From NCBI GenBank assembly GCA_035063585.1, contig JAPSGB010000040.1, positions 1-40,390 on the forward strand: a stretch of 40,390 bases of DNA, given 5' to 3'. The stretch is from Polyangiaceae bacterium. GTDB taxonomy: Bacteria > Myxococcota_A > Polyangia > Polyangiales > Polyangiaceae. This document shows positions 16,137 through 29,542 of this stretch, piece by piece. Made by a program: the position numbers and the translations under genes. The number at the start of each line of letters is the position of its first letter. Position 1 is the stretch's first letter. The notes below the pieces were generated by a model, which was not told where the DNA came from, did not search any database, and saw nothing but the letters and a program-made list of their open reading frames with translations.

Positions 16137-18113
16137 ATGCCCACCCCGCGCGCGCTCCAAGTCGGCGTCCGCCGGCGCAGCTCCGGCACCGCGGACGCCG
16201 CGCTCGCCGCGCTGGTCATCGCGGTGGTCGCGCTGATGGTGGTCCCGCTGCCGACCTGGCTGCTCGATCTGCTGATCGCGACGAACCTCGCCTCCTCGGT
16301 CGCGATCCTCCTCATCACCCTCTATGTCCCGGACGCGCTCGGCATCGCCGCGTTCCCGACCCTGCTCCTCATCACGACCCTGGTCCGCCTCTCGCTCAAC
16401 GTCTCGAGCACGCGCCTCATCCTCCTCCAGGCGAACGCCGGCGAGGTGATCCAGGCCTTCGGCAACTTCGTGGTGCGCGGCAACTACGTGGTGGGCGCGG
16501 TCATCTTCCTCATCCTCGCCATCATCCAGTTCATCGTGATCGCCAAGGGCAGCGAGCGGGTCGCCGAGGTGGGCGCGCGTTTCACGCTCGACGCGATGCC
16601 CGGCAAGCAGATGGCCATCGACGCCGAGCTCCGCGCGGGCAGCATCGACGGCGCCGAAGCCAAACGTCGCCGCCGCCAGCTCGCGCGCGAGAGCCAGTTC
16701 TACGGCGCCATGGACGGCGCCATGAAGTTCGTGAAGGGGGACGTCATCGCTTCGTTCCTCATCACCGTCATCAACATCCTCGGCGGGCTCGCCATCGGCG
16801 TCGGACAGAAGCACATGGACGCCGTGGCCGCGCTCAAGCGCTACGGCCTGCTCACCATCGGTGACGGCCTGGTCACCCAGATCCCGGCCCTGGTGCTCGC
16901 CACCGCGGCCGGCGTGCTGGTCACGCGGGTGGCGAGCGAGGAGCCCGACACGCCGCTCGGCGAGGAGCTCGGCGCGCAGCTGCTCGGCGCGCCCCGAGCG
17001 CTACGAGTGGCGAGCGTGTTCGTCTTCATCCTGGCCGCCATCCCCGGGCTGCCGGCCCTGCCCTTCGTGGTCATCGGCGCGCTGCTCTTCGTCGCCTCGC
17101 GCGCGCGGACGCAGCGACTCCGCGAGGCCGCGCGGATCGACCCGCCCGAGCCGGTGCAGCGCCGCGAGGGCAACAGCGGACCGCGCTTCGTGCCGGTGGT
17201 GGTCCCGTGGACGCTCGAGGTCGCCGCCGAGCTCGCCTCCTTCGTCGAGGACGACCTCCGCGGCGACGAGCTGAAGCGCGCCGGGCTCCGCTCCGCCGGG
17301 GCGGCAGCCCAAGAGCTCATCTTCCGCGAGCTCGGCGTCCCCTTGCCCGCGTGCCGCGTCGAGGTCTCGAACGAGCTGCCCGAGCGGATGGTCGCGCTCA
17401 GCATCCACGAGGTCCCGGCGCGCGTGTTCACCATCCCGGACGAGGTCGGGCCCGACTCCCTCGCCGAGCACGTGCTCGGCGAGGTGATGGGCACCCTCCG
17501 CGCGCGCGCCGGGGATTTTCTCGGCATCGCCGAGACGCAGGCGCTGCTCGACCAGCTCGAGCAGCTCGCGCCGGCCACCGTCCGGCAAGTCATCCCGAAG
17601 CCGGTCAGCCTGACGCTCCTCGCGGACATCCTGCGCCGGCTCGTCGAGGAGGGGATCAGCATCCGCGACCTGAAGAACATCCTCGAGTCGCTCGCTCAGG
17701 TCGCCGGGACCGACAAGGATCCGTTGAACCTCACCGAATACGTGCGCTCGCAGCTGCGTCGCGCCATCACCCACGAACTCACCCACGGAAGCCCCGAGCT
17801 CAGCGTGTGCGTGCTCGACTCGCAGATCGAGGAGGCGGTGCGCGGCGCGATCGTCCGCACCGGGGCAGGCTCGTTCCTCACCCTCGCGCCCGCGGCGGCT
17901 CGCGACATCGTGACCGCGGTCCGCCGCGCGCTCGCCTCGGCCGAGCTGCCCGATCCGGAGCGCCCCGTCGTGCTCACCCAGCCCGACGTGCGCCGGTTCG
18001 TGCGGAAGCTCCTCGAGACGGATTTCCCCGGACTGCGCGCGGTGAGCTACGCCGAGCTCTTGCCGGAGCTCGGGATCAAGCCCGTCGCGCGCGCCACCCT
18101 CGCCGGGCTCTGA
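16137..18113 (+). CDS. sctV: Type III secretion export-gate protein, FHIPEP family (SctV/EscV-like)
   Basis: FPTLLLITTL.RLSLNVSSTRLIL, KGSERVAEVGARFTLDAMPGKQMAIDAEL, ESQFYGAMDGAMKFVKGD (SctV-type MKFVKGD rather than FlhA-type SKFVRGD), LTIGDGLVTQIPAL, RRLVEEGISIRDL, LTEYVR and VSYAEL. Confidence 0.9.
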   Translation: MPTPRALQVGVRRRSSGTADAALAALVIAVVALMVVPLPTWLLDLLIATNLASSVAILLITLYVPDALGIAAFPTLLLITTLVRLSLNVSSTRLILLQANAGEVIQAFGNFVVRGNYVVGAVIFLILAIIQFIVIAKGSERVAEVGARFTLDAMPGKQMAIDAELRAGSIDGAEAKRRRRQLARESQFYGAMDGAMKFVKGDVIASFLITVINILGGLAIGVGQKHMDAVAALKRYGLLTIGDGLVTQIPALVLATAAGVLVTRVASEEPDTPLGEELGAQLLGAPRALRVASVFVFILAAIPGLPALPFVVIGALLFVASRARTQRLREAARIDPPEPVQRREGNSGPRFVPVVVPWTLEVAAELASFVEDDLRGDELKRAGLRSAGAAAQELIFRELGVPLPACRVEVSNELPERMVALSIHEVPARVFTIPDEVGPDSLAEHVLGEVMGTLRARAGDFLGIAETQALLDQLEQLAPATVRQVIPKPVSLTLLADILRRLVEEGISIRDLKNILESLAQVAGTDKDPLNLTEYVRSQLRRAITHELTHGSPELSVCVLDSQIEEAVRGAIVRTGAGSFLTLAPAAARDIVTAVRRALASAELPDPERPVVLTQPDVRRFVRKLLETDFPGLRAVSYAELLPELGIKPVARATLAGL

Positions 18114-18126
18114 CTCGCCGGCGCGC

Positions 18127-19092
18127 TCACGCGCGCCGCTGGACGACCATCTTCCGCGGCACCTGCCCGCTCTGCTCGAGGAGCTTACGCGCCTCCTTCA
18201 TGAGCAGCGGATGGGTCTTCTTGCCGGTGAAGCCGCCGAGCAGGCGCACGTCCTGGTCGAGCAGCTTGCGGAGCGCGCGACGCATGAGCGCACTATTCCC
18301 GCCGTGAGCGCCGGCGTAGGCCCGCGCGCGGTAGAGTTGCGCGCGGATCTGCTCGTAGTCGTCGTCTTCGGGATCATAGAGCTCGAGCGTCTCGATGGCC
18401 CTCTTGCTCTGACCGCTCCGAGCCCAGGCCTCGCCCACGATGGAGGCGAGCATGGCGCGCGTCTTCGGGTCCTGGTGCCGTTTCAGGTCGATGTTGTCTG
18501 CTAGCTGGCGCGCCAGGCCGACCTCGCCGAGCACCAGGTGGATCATCGCGCGCTGGGCGCGCGCCTCGTCGGCGACCGGCGCCATCACGCGCTCGAGGTT
18601 GATCGTCTCGAGGGTGGCGAGCGCCTTGCGAGGATCGTCCTGCATCTCGAGCTGCGCCTTGGCGAAGATGGCGGCGGCGTCCTTCTTCTTCGCCGAGTCG
18701 AGCTCGGCGAGCGCTGCCTTGCGATCGTCGGCGGACTCGACGCGGCTGAGCAAGCTCGCCACGCTTCGGGCTCGCTTGGCCTGCCGCAGCGCCCAGAGCA
18801 CCAGGGCCGCCGCGGCGACCGTCGCCACCGCCGGCACCGAGAGCGCGATGGCCTTCGTGGTCGTGCTCTGCGAGACCCCGGCGATGAGGACCCCGAGCAG
18901 CCACACCGCCGCGACCGGCAGCCCGAGCCGGAGCCCCAGGCTGCGGAGCTGCTCGCGCCCGAGCGGATCGGGGAGCTCGGTGTTCGGCCGGGCGACCACC
19001 GGCTGCTTGAGCGCCTTGCGCTTCTCCTTCGCGTCTTGCGCGCTCTCTTGCCGCGCAGCGGCGCGCTTGAGCTTGCGGGCTTCCTTCGCCAC
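18127..19092 (-). CDS. Hypothetical membrane protein, two TM helices plus TPR-like cytoplasmic region
   Basis: Lys-rich N-terminus, two hydrophobic helices and a helical repeat-like C-terminus; coding-like codon usage. Confidence 0.7.
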   Translation of the reverse strand: MAKEARKLKRAAARQESAQDAKEKRKALKQPVVARPNTELPDPLGREQLRSLGLRLGLPVAAVWLLGVLIAGVSQSTTTKAIALSVPAVATVAAAALVLWALRQAKRARSVASLLSRVESADDRKAALAELDSAKKKDAAAIFAKAQLEMQDDPRKALATLETINLERVMAPVADEARAQRAMIHLVLGEVGLARQLADNIDLKRHQDPKTRAMLASIVGEAWARSGQSKRAIETLELYDPEDDDYEQIRAQLYRARAYAGAHGGNSALMRRALRKLLDQDVRLLGGFTGKKTHPLLMKEARKLLEQSGQVPRKMVVQRRA

Positions 19093-19167
19093 GACGGCGC
19101 TATAGCACGGATGCCCCGCCCTCCGAGCGGCGGCCGGCGAGCCCGCGCGCGCGGCCCGCCCCGCCGC

Positions 19168-20451
19168 TCAGCCGCCCGCGCCCGGGGCCGGAGGAGCCAG
19201 GGAGTCCGGCCCGGAGTCGGGGAGCGACTGGAAGCGGAAGTGCTGAAATAGGCTCTGGAGCAGGCTGAGGGCCGGCACCGCGAGCAGCGCTCCCCACAGG
19301 CCGAACCGGTGCTCGCCGAGCATCAGCGCGAACACCACGAGGACCGGGTGGATCTTGGCCGCGCTGCCGATGATCTTCGGGTTCAGGAGGTTCGCCTCGA
19401 TCTGGTGGATCCCGAGGATCCAGAGCAGCACCCAGAGCGCGGTCCAGAAGTCCTGGGTGAGCCCGATGAGCACCACCGGGACCGAGCTCAGGATGGAGCC
19501 GAAGATGGGGACGATGCTCATCACCCCCGCGATGATGGCCAGCACCGGCCAGTACTTGAGCCCGAAGAGCCAGAACCCGACGGCCGAGAGCACGCCGTTC
19601 ACGAGGCAGATGAGCAGCTGACCGCGCACCACCCCGGCGAGTCCCCGATCGATGCGCGTGAGCAGCCGGTCGAAGCTCGCGCGCGAGCGCGCGGGCGCCA
19701 GCGAGCGAAAGAACCCGAGCACCTGCTCGCGCGTCAGCATGAGGTAGGCGGCGAGCATCAAGGTCATGACCAGGAGGAAGACCGCGCGCGCCGTGCGGCT
19801 GATGACCACCTGACCGAGCTTGATGAGATCGAGCGCGTTGCGCTTCACGTAGAGCACCGTGCTGTCGGTGAACTCCGCCACCAGCGCGGCGACGCTGAAC
19901 CGTTCGTCGTCGGACGGCCGATGGGCGACCACGCGCCAGCGCTTGGGGCCGTCCTGCACCACCTCGACGCCCGAGCCGAGCTCCACCCCGAACGATCCGT
20001 CGGGTTGCCGGACGATCTCGAACGCCGCGGCGTGCTCCTCGGCGGGCCCCGCTTCCGCGCGCCTGCGCTGCAGGAGCCCCTGCACCCACTCGTCGACGCG
20101 CGGTCCCCACTTGCCGCTGAGCTCGCGCGCCATCCCGGGCGCGTCCTTGGCAAAACGCGCCGTCTCCGCGTAGATCCGCGGGGCCACCGCGGCCACCGAG
20201 AGGTACGCGACCGCGACCGTGATCACATACACGATGATGATGGAGACGCTCCGCGGCACGCGCAGCCGCTCGACCAGGGCGACCGCGGGCATGAGCACAT
20301 AGGCGATGACGAGCGCCAGGATGAACGGCAAGAGCACCTCGCTCGCGAGCCAGCCGATGGCCACCACCGCGAGCGCCGAGATGACCAGGAACACCACGCG
20401 CGCTCGCGTCCAGCCGCCGCCCGACGGCTCGCCGAAGCTCGGTGCGTTCAC
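19168..20451 (-). CDS. AI-2E (PerM) family transporter
   Basis: LLPFILALVIAYVLMPAV, VRGQLLICLVNG, SIVPIFG, QIEANLLNPKIIG...IHPVLVVFALMLG..FGLWGALLAVP. Confidence 0.9.
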   Translation of the reverse strand: MNAPSFGEPSGGGWTRARVVFLVISALAVVAIGWLASEVLLPFILALVIAYVLMPAVALVERLRVPRSVSIIIVYVITVAVAYLSVAAVAPRIYAETARFAKDAPGMARELSGKWGPRVDEWVQGLLQRRRAEAGPAEEHAAAFEIVRQPDGSFGVELGSGVEVVQDGPKRWRVVAHRPSDDERFSVAALVAEFTDSTVLYVKRNALDLIKLGQVVISRTARAVFLLVMTLMLAAYLMLTREQVLGFFRSLAPARSRASFDRLLTRIDRGLAGVVRGQLLICLVNGVLSAVGFWLFGLKYWPVLAIIAGVMSIVPIFGSILSSVPVVLIGLTQDFWTALWVLLWILGIHQIEANLLNPKIIGSAAKIHPVLVVFALMLGEHRFGLWGALLAVPALSLLQSLFQHFRFQSLPDSGPDSLAPPAPGAGG

Positions 20452-20960
20452 GCGCCGGGGTCCTCGTGGAGCCGCTCGAAGTGCGGCGCCAGGTGATCCC
20501 AGGTCGCCTCGAGGTACTCGTGCATGACGCGCACATCGCCGATCACCGGCATGAAGTTGTTGTCACCCGCGAAGCGGGGCACGATGTGCACGTGGACGTG
20601 ATCGGCGATGCCGGCTCCCGCTGCCGTGCCGAGGTTTACGCCGAGGTTCTCTCCGCCCGCGCCGGTGGCGGCGCGCAGGCTCACGAGCGCCCCGCGAACC
20701 AAGCGGAACAAGTCGTCGTACTCTCGGTCGGAGAGCTCGGCGAGATCCGAGACGTGCCGCCGCGGCACCACCATCACGTGACCCGACGTGTACGGGTACT
20801 TGTTCAACACGACGTACGCGTGTTCGCGCCGGGCGAGCAGGCGGGTCGTGCGCTCGCGCGCCACCGTCAGGTAGCCGCAGAGCACGCAGCCCGCTCCGCC
20901 GTCCTGCTTCGGGCGGCGGATGAACTCCATGCGCCAGGGAGCCCATACACGGTCGGTCAC
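20448..20960 (-). CDS. HIT-family nucleotide hydrolase/phosphorylase
   Basis: WAPWRMEFI, CVLC, LNKYPYTSGHVMVVP, NLG.AAGAGIADHVHVHIVPR and GDNNFMPV. Its stop overlaps the AI-2E start (GTGA). Confidence 0.92.
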   Translation of the reverse strand: MTDRVWAPWRMEFIRRPKQDGGAGCVLCGYLTVARERTTRLLARREHAYVVLNKYPYTSGHVMVVPRRHVSDLAELSDREYDDLFRLVRGALVSLRAATGAGGENLGVNLGTAAGAGIADHVHVHIVPRFAGDNNFMPVIGDVRVMHEYLEATWDHLAPHFERLHEDPGA

Positions 20961-21045
20961 GGCGCCCGCACGCTAGCACACGCGCGCGACCGCGCGCCGG
21001 ACCGGCGAGAACCCACCGCGCCCGGCGCGCCGCCCTCGGCCGCGC

Positions 21046-22815
<1,770 letters not shown>

Positions 22816-22902
22816 GGATAGAATCGATGCCTCCGTGTAAGGACGTTGCTCGGGCGCGCGCGCTAGGCTCCCGGCGCCGCGCCACACGCCCGGGGGAGCG
22901 CT

Positions 22903-22931
22903 CAGGTAGCGCACGGAAGTTCTTACGTCAA
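22903..22931 (-). promoter_or_regulatory. Putative sigma70 promoter of rpsA
   Basis: On the minus strand: TTGACG (22931-22926), 17 nt, TACCTG (22908-22903). Confidence 0.55.
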
Positions 22932-23084
22932 CAAGGGTTTCCGCGCGGGGGCGCAGAGAAACCGGCGTCCGAGCCACCACCGGCCGGCCAAGCGGCCGGG
23001 GACACGGAGGAGGTCTTGTCGGGGCGGCGCGGAATCGGCGCGGGGCCGCCGGCGTCCCGGCTCGTGCTACGGACGGGCACGCCC

Positions 23085-26054
<2,970 letters not shown>

Positions 26055-26055
26055 C

Positions 26056-27024
26056 TTACTCGAGCGCGCTCGCGAAGCGGCGCACGACCTCGCCGGCGGG
26101 CGCCACGGCGTCGATGAGCTCGACGCTCTTTCCCGCTTGAAACACGTCCCGGTAGCTCACACCCTCGAGGTTCGAGCGACGAAGCGTCCACGCCGAGCGC
26201 AGGCTCAGGTACCCGCGCGCCAGTCGCTTGGTTCGCTCCCGGCGCAGCAGCGCGCGTAGCACCGGGCCGACCCGCGCAGTCACCCGCTCGAGGTCGGGCG
26301 TGCGGATGACCGCGCAGGGTACGCCGCTGATGCGATCGGTCAGCGTGATGTCCTCGGCGCGCGCGCGGAGGATGGCGCGCTTGTAGTCGTCGTGCGCGGC
26401 GCACTCGTCGGTCGCGATGAAGCGCGTGCCGACCTGCGCCGCGGCGTAGCCGAGCCCGAGCATTCGCGAGAACACCCGCTCGTCCCCCACCCCGCCGGCG
26501 CACACGAGCGGCGCCCCGAGCCCCCCGAGCTCTTCGAGGAGCGCCTCGGGCGAGCGCGATCCCGCGTGACCGCCGGCGAGCGCGTTCACGCAGATGAGCC
26601 CGTCCACGCCCGCGTCGAGCGCCTTCAGCGCGAACCGCCGCTCGGTCACGTCGTGATAGACGACACCGCCCACCGCCTTCACCCGCTCGACCACCCAGCG
26701 CGGATCGCCGAGCGCGGTCACGAAGAAGCGCACGCCCTCCTCGAGCGCGACGTCGACCCAGCGGCGCATGCGCTCTTCATAGACGCGGTTGAAGCTCTCC
26801 ACGATCGCGTTGAACCCGATGGGGCGCGAGGTCCGCGAGCGGATGAGCCGAAGCCCGTCGCGGAGCTCGTGACGGTAGACGTAGATGAGCGACATGGGCT
26901 GCACGATGCCGAGCCCACCCGCCTCGCTCACCGCGGCGACCAGCTCCGGGTTCGAGCACGGGTACATGGCGCCGCAGATGAGCGGCACCTCGACGCCGGC
27001 GTGCGCCGTGAAGGCGGTCTTCAT
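26056..27024 (-). CDS. Nitronate monooxygenase / FabK-like FMN-dependent oxidoreductase
   Basis: PLICGAM...SNPELVAAVSEAGGLG, AGGHAG, CAGGVGD and QVGTRFIATDE...H..YK. Start ATG 27024 (MKTAF) overlaps the upstream stop (ATGA). Confidence 0.88.
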   Translation of the reverse strand: MKTAFTAHAGVEVPLICGAMYPCSNPELVAAVSEAGGLGIVQPMSLIYVYRHELRDGLRLIRSRTSRPIGFNAIVESFNRVYEERMRRWVDVALEEGVRFFVTALGDPRWVVERVKAVGGVVYHDVTERRFALKALDAGVDGLICVNALAGGHAGSRSPEALLEELGGLGAPLVCAGGVGDERVFSRMLGLGYAAAQVGTRFIATDECAAHDDYKRAILRARAEDITLTDRISGVPCAVIRTPDLERVTARVGPVLRALLRRERTKRLARGYLSLRSAWTLRRSNLEGVSYRDVFQAGKSVELIDAVAPAGEVVRRFASALE

Positions 27025-27536
27025 GACGGACCGCGCGTCGCGCCGAGCCGCCAGTCCGCCTCGGCGCGACACACCAGCTCCGCGCTCGCGTTGCGGAGCT
27101 CGACCGCGACCGTGAAGTCGGTCGGACCGTCGACGGGGCCGAGCGAGACGCGGCACTCGCCGGTGATGGTGCCGCGCGCCTTCTTCAGGAACTCGATGCG
27201 GAGCCCCCGCAAGATCCCGCGCCGCCCGGCCGGTAGGCAGCTCAGCGTCGCGAGCCCGCTGGTCTCCTCGGCGAGGTTCATGAGCGCGATGGCGTGCACG
27301 CAGTCGAGGTGGTTTCGGATCGCCTTGCGGTCCCGCATCATGACCCGCGCGCGGCCGCGCTCGAGCTCCAGCACCTCGGCGCCGATGCTGCCGGTGTAAG
27401 GAGCCATGCGACCGACGATCCGGCTGAAGAGGCGGCGGCCACCGGGCAGCCTGCTCGTGCGCGCCCAGAGCTCGAGGAGCGCGTCGCCGTTGGCGAAGCG
27501 CGCGCGCGCCTCTTGCATCAAGTCCGTCATTCGCAT
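27021..27536 (-). CDS. Hotdog-fold thioesterase (PaaI/DUF4442-like)
   Basis: LFSRIVGRMAPYTGSI, RNHLDCVHAIALMNLAE and IEFLKKARG, with an AAGGAG SD. Confidence 0.85.
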   Translation of the reverse strand: MRMTDLMQEARARFANGDALLELWARTSRLPGGRRLFSRIVGRMAPYTGSIGAEVLELERGRARVMMRDRKAIRNHLDCVHAIALMNLAEETSGLATLSCLPAGRRGILRGLRIEFLKKARGTITGECRVSLGPVDGPTDFTVAVELRNASAELVCRAEADWRLGATRGPS

Positions 27537-27715
27537 GGCTCGCTCCTTCGTCGTTGGCTGGCTCCGGCCCGGCGCCCTAGCACGGCCAGCGCGCGCGGCC
27601 CATCACGAGCCCCGACGACCTCGGCCTGTACTTCGGCAGCCACGCCTCCCTCGACCCGCGTTACCGCTTCGCGCATCGGCCTCGACGCGGTGGAGGCACG
27701 ATCCGCTCGCGCGAC

Positions 27716-28501
27716 TCATTCGCCGTCGAAGATGACCTCGTACGTCCCCGAGACGACGACCTTCGCCATCGGCGCGGCGCGGTGGAGCGGCTCGAGCACG
27801 TCGCGAACGACGCCGGCGAGCCAGACGTACACGGCCTGATCGACGTCGCGCGGGCGCGGCAGGTGGATGCGCAGCGCCCCCTCGGACGCGGCGACGGTCG
27901 ACGGCTCACCGCCGGCGTCCACCTGCCCGAGCAGCTCGAGGACGAGCGCATCGGAGGGCGGCGCCCCGCCCATGCGCATCGCGACCTCGAGCGTCACGCT
28001 CGTGAGCACGCCCGGCCTGCCGAGCAGCTCCACGAACCCTTCGACGGGGAACGGCCGGCCGGCGACCCACGCGCGCACACGCCGAGCGTCCCGACGCCCC
28101 AGCGCCCAGTAGACGAGCGCGTGGGCGGGCAGCGCGAGCGCGAATCCGGGCAGCAGGAGCGCGAAGAGCGCCCCAGCGAACCCCGGCCATCGCCACCCCG
28201 AGACGATGCTCAGCAGCGCGGCGGCGAACCCCGAGAGCACGACCCACGCGACGAGCTCTCGCGGCGGCGGCGCCCAACCGACCCCCGGCTCGGCGTACCT
28301 CGACACGCGCCACCGGAGCCTCTGCTCGTCGAACGCCCGGTCGCGTGCCACGAGCGCGGCCTCGGCCTCGGCCCGCGCGCGACGCTCCTCGGCGGCGCGG
28401 CGCGCGCGTCCGGCGCTGGCCCGGTCGGTGAGCTCACGCCGCACCGCGTCCTCGCGCTCGCGCTCGCGCAGGGCGTCCTCGTCCGGCTGGCGATACGCCA
28501 T
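27716..28501 (-). CDS. Hypothetical membrane protein (coiled-coil N-terminus, two TM helices)
   Basis: MAYR... start, charged helical N-terminus and two hydrophobic segments; fills the gap between neighbours. Confidence 0.6.
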   Translation of the reverse strand: MAYRQPDEDALREREREDAVRRELTDRASAGRARRAAEERRARAEAEAALVARDRAFDEQRLRWRVSRYAEPGVGWAPPPRELVAWVVLSGFAAALLSIVSGWRWPGFAGALFALLLPGFALALPAHALVYWALGRRDARRVRAWVAGRPFPVEGFVELLGRPGVLTSVTLEVAMRMGGAPPSDALVLELLGQVDAGGEPSTVAASEGALRIHLPRPRDVDQAVYVWLAGVVRDVLEPLHRAAPMAKVVVSGTYEVIFDGE

Positions 28502-28642
28502 GGGGCGAGGAAATCGCGGCGCAGTAGGCGAGTCAAGCTGGCCGCCGCCCGTCCGCGCGCCGCCCCCGACGCGCGCGGCGCGCAGCGTGGCGGAGGATGC
28601 GGGGCGCTGGAGCCGCGCGGACCGGGCGCGCGGGTACGCGCC

Positions 28643-29542
28643 CTAGGGGGCGACGAGCGCGCCGAGCTCCTCCGGCGAGAGCCGGAGCCGCACGACCATC
28701 GACTCACCGACCGCCTCTACGCGGCAGCGCTCCGCCATCGCGCCCTCCCGGCCGCCCTGCTCTGCGACCGCGCGCGCGAGGAGGGTGGCCGCCGCCGCGA
28801 CGCGGCGCGCCGTCTCGGCCTCGTCGAAGACGAACGCGAGCTCGGCCGAGAGCCCGCTCTCATCGAACCGGACGCTCGCCGAGAGCGTCCTCGCCGAGCG
28901 GAGCAGGCGCGCCGCCTTCGGCGATCGCTCGGCGATCAGGGCCGCGAGCGCCGGCACGCGCGCGGCGAGACTCACGACCCCGCGCGCCGGCGGCTCTGGG
29001 TGCGGATCGCCGGCGGCCTCCTCGAGGCTGCGGGTCACCGCGTCGATTTCCGCGGTGCTCACCAGCACGAGGAGCGCGTCCGTGCGCGCGTAGAGCCGCA
29101 CCGGCTCCGGGCGCCGCGCCGCGCCCTTGCGCTCGTACACGCGCCAGCCCGCGCCGAGCTCGGCGGGCGGCCCCCAGGCCCCGAGCGCGCGCGGCTCGAG
29201 GTCCGCGAACTTCCCCTCGAGCACCACCACGCTGTCGAGCGTCTCCAGCGTGAGCGCGGGCCGAAACGCGAACCAGGCGGTATCGGTGCGCTCGAGCGCG
29301 CGGTCGAGCAGCCGCGCGTCGCCGTCCCCTCGCGCGCCCCGCGCGAGCCCGGCGAGCACCGCCTCGCCGAGCGCCGCGCGCATGCGCCGGAGATCGACGC
29401 GCACGACGACGTCGAGATCGCCGGGGATGGCGTCCTCGGGGCGAGCAGGGGTCGTTGCCGGCGCGGCCGGCGGCGGGATGCGGGTCGGACCGCAGGCCGC
29501 GAGCGCGAGCGCGAGCGCGGCGAGCGCCCGGACTCGCCTCAC
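28643..29542 (-). CDS. Hypothetical lipoprotein
   Basis: GTG 29542 overlaps the cmk stop (GTGA) and gives the MRRVRALAALALALAAC lipobox. This is the true 3' part of ORF 28643..30355. Confidence 0.75.
   Translation of the reverse strand: MRRVRALAALALALAACGPTRIPPPAAPATTPARPEDAIPGDLDVVVRVDLRRMRAALGEAVLAGLARGARGDGDARLLDRALERTDTAWFAFRPALTLETLDSVVVLEGKFADLEPRALGAWGPPAELGAGWRVYERKGAARRPEPVRLYARTDALLVLVSTAEIDAVTRSLEEAAGDPHPEPPARGVVSLAARVPALAALIAERSPKAARLLRSARTLSASVRFDESGLSAELAFVFDEAETARRVAAAATLLARAVAEQGGREGAMAERCRVEAVGESMVVRLRLSPEELGALVAP

Noticed and set aside
16137..18113. Calling this gene flagellar flhA or part of a flagellar locus
   Set aside because: The motif variants (AMKFVKGD, ESQFYG) are SctV-like, and no flagellar genes are nearby.
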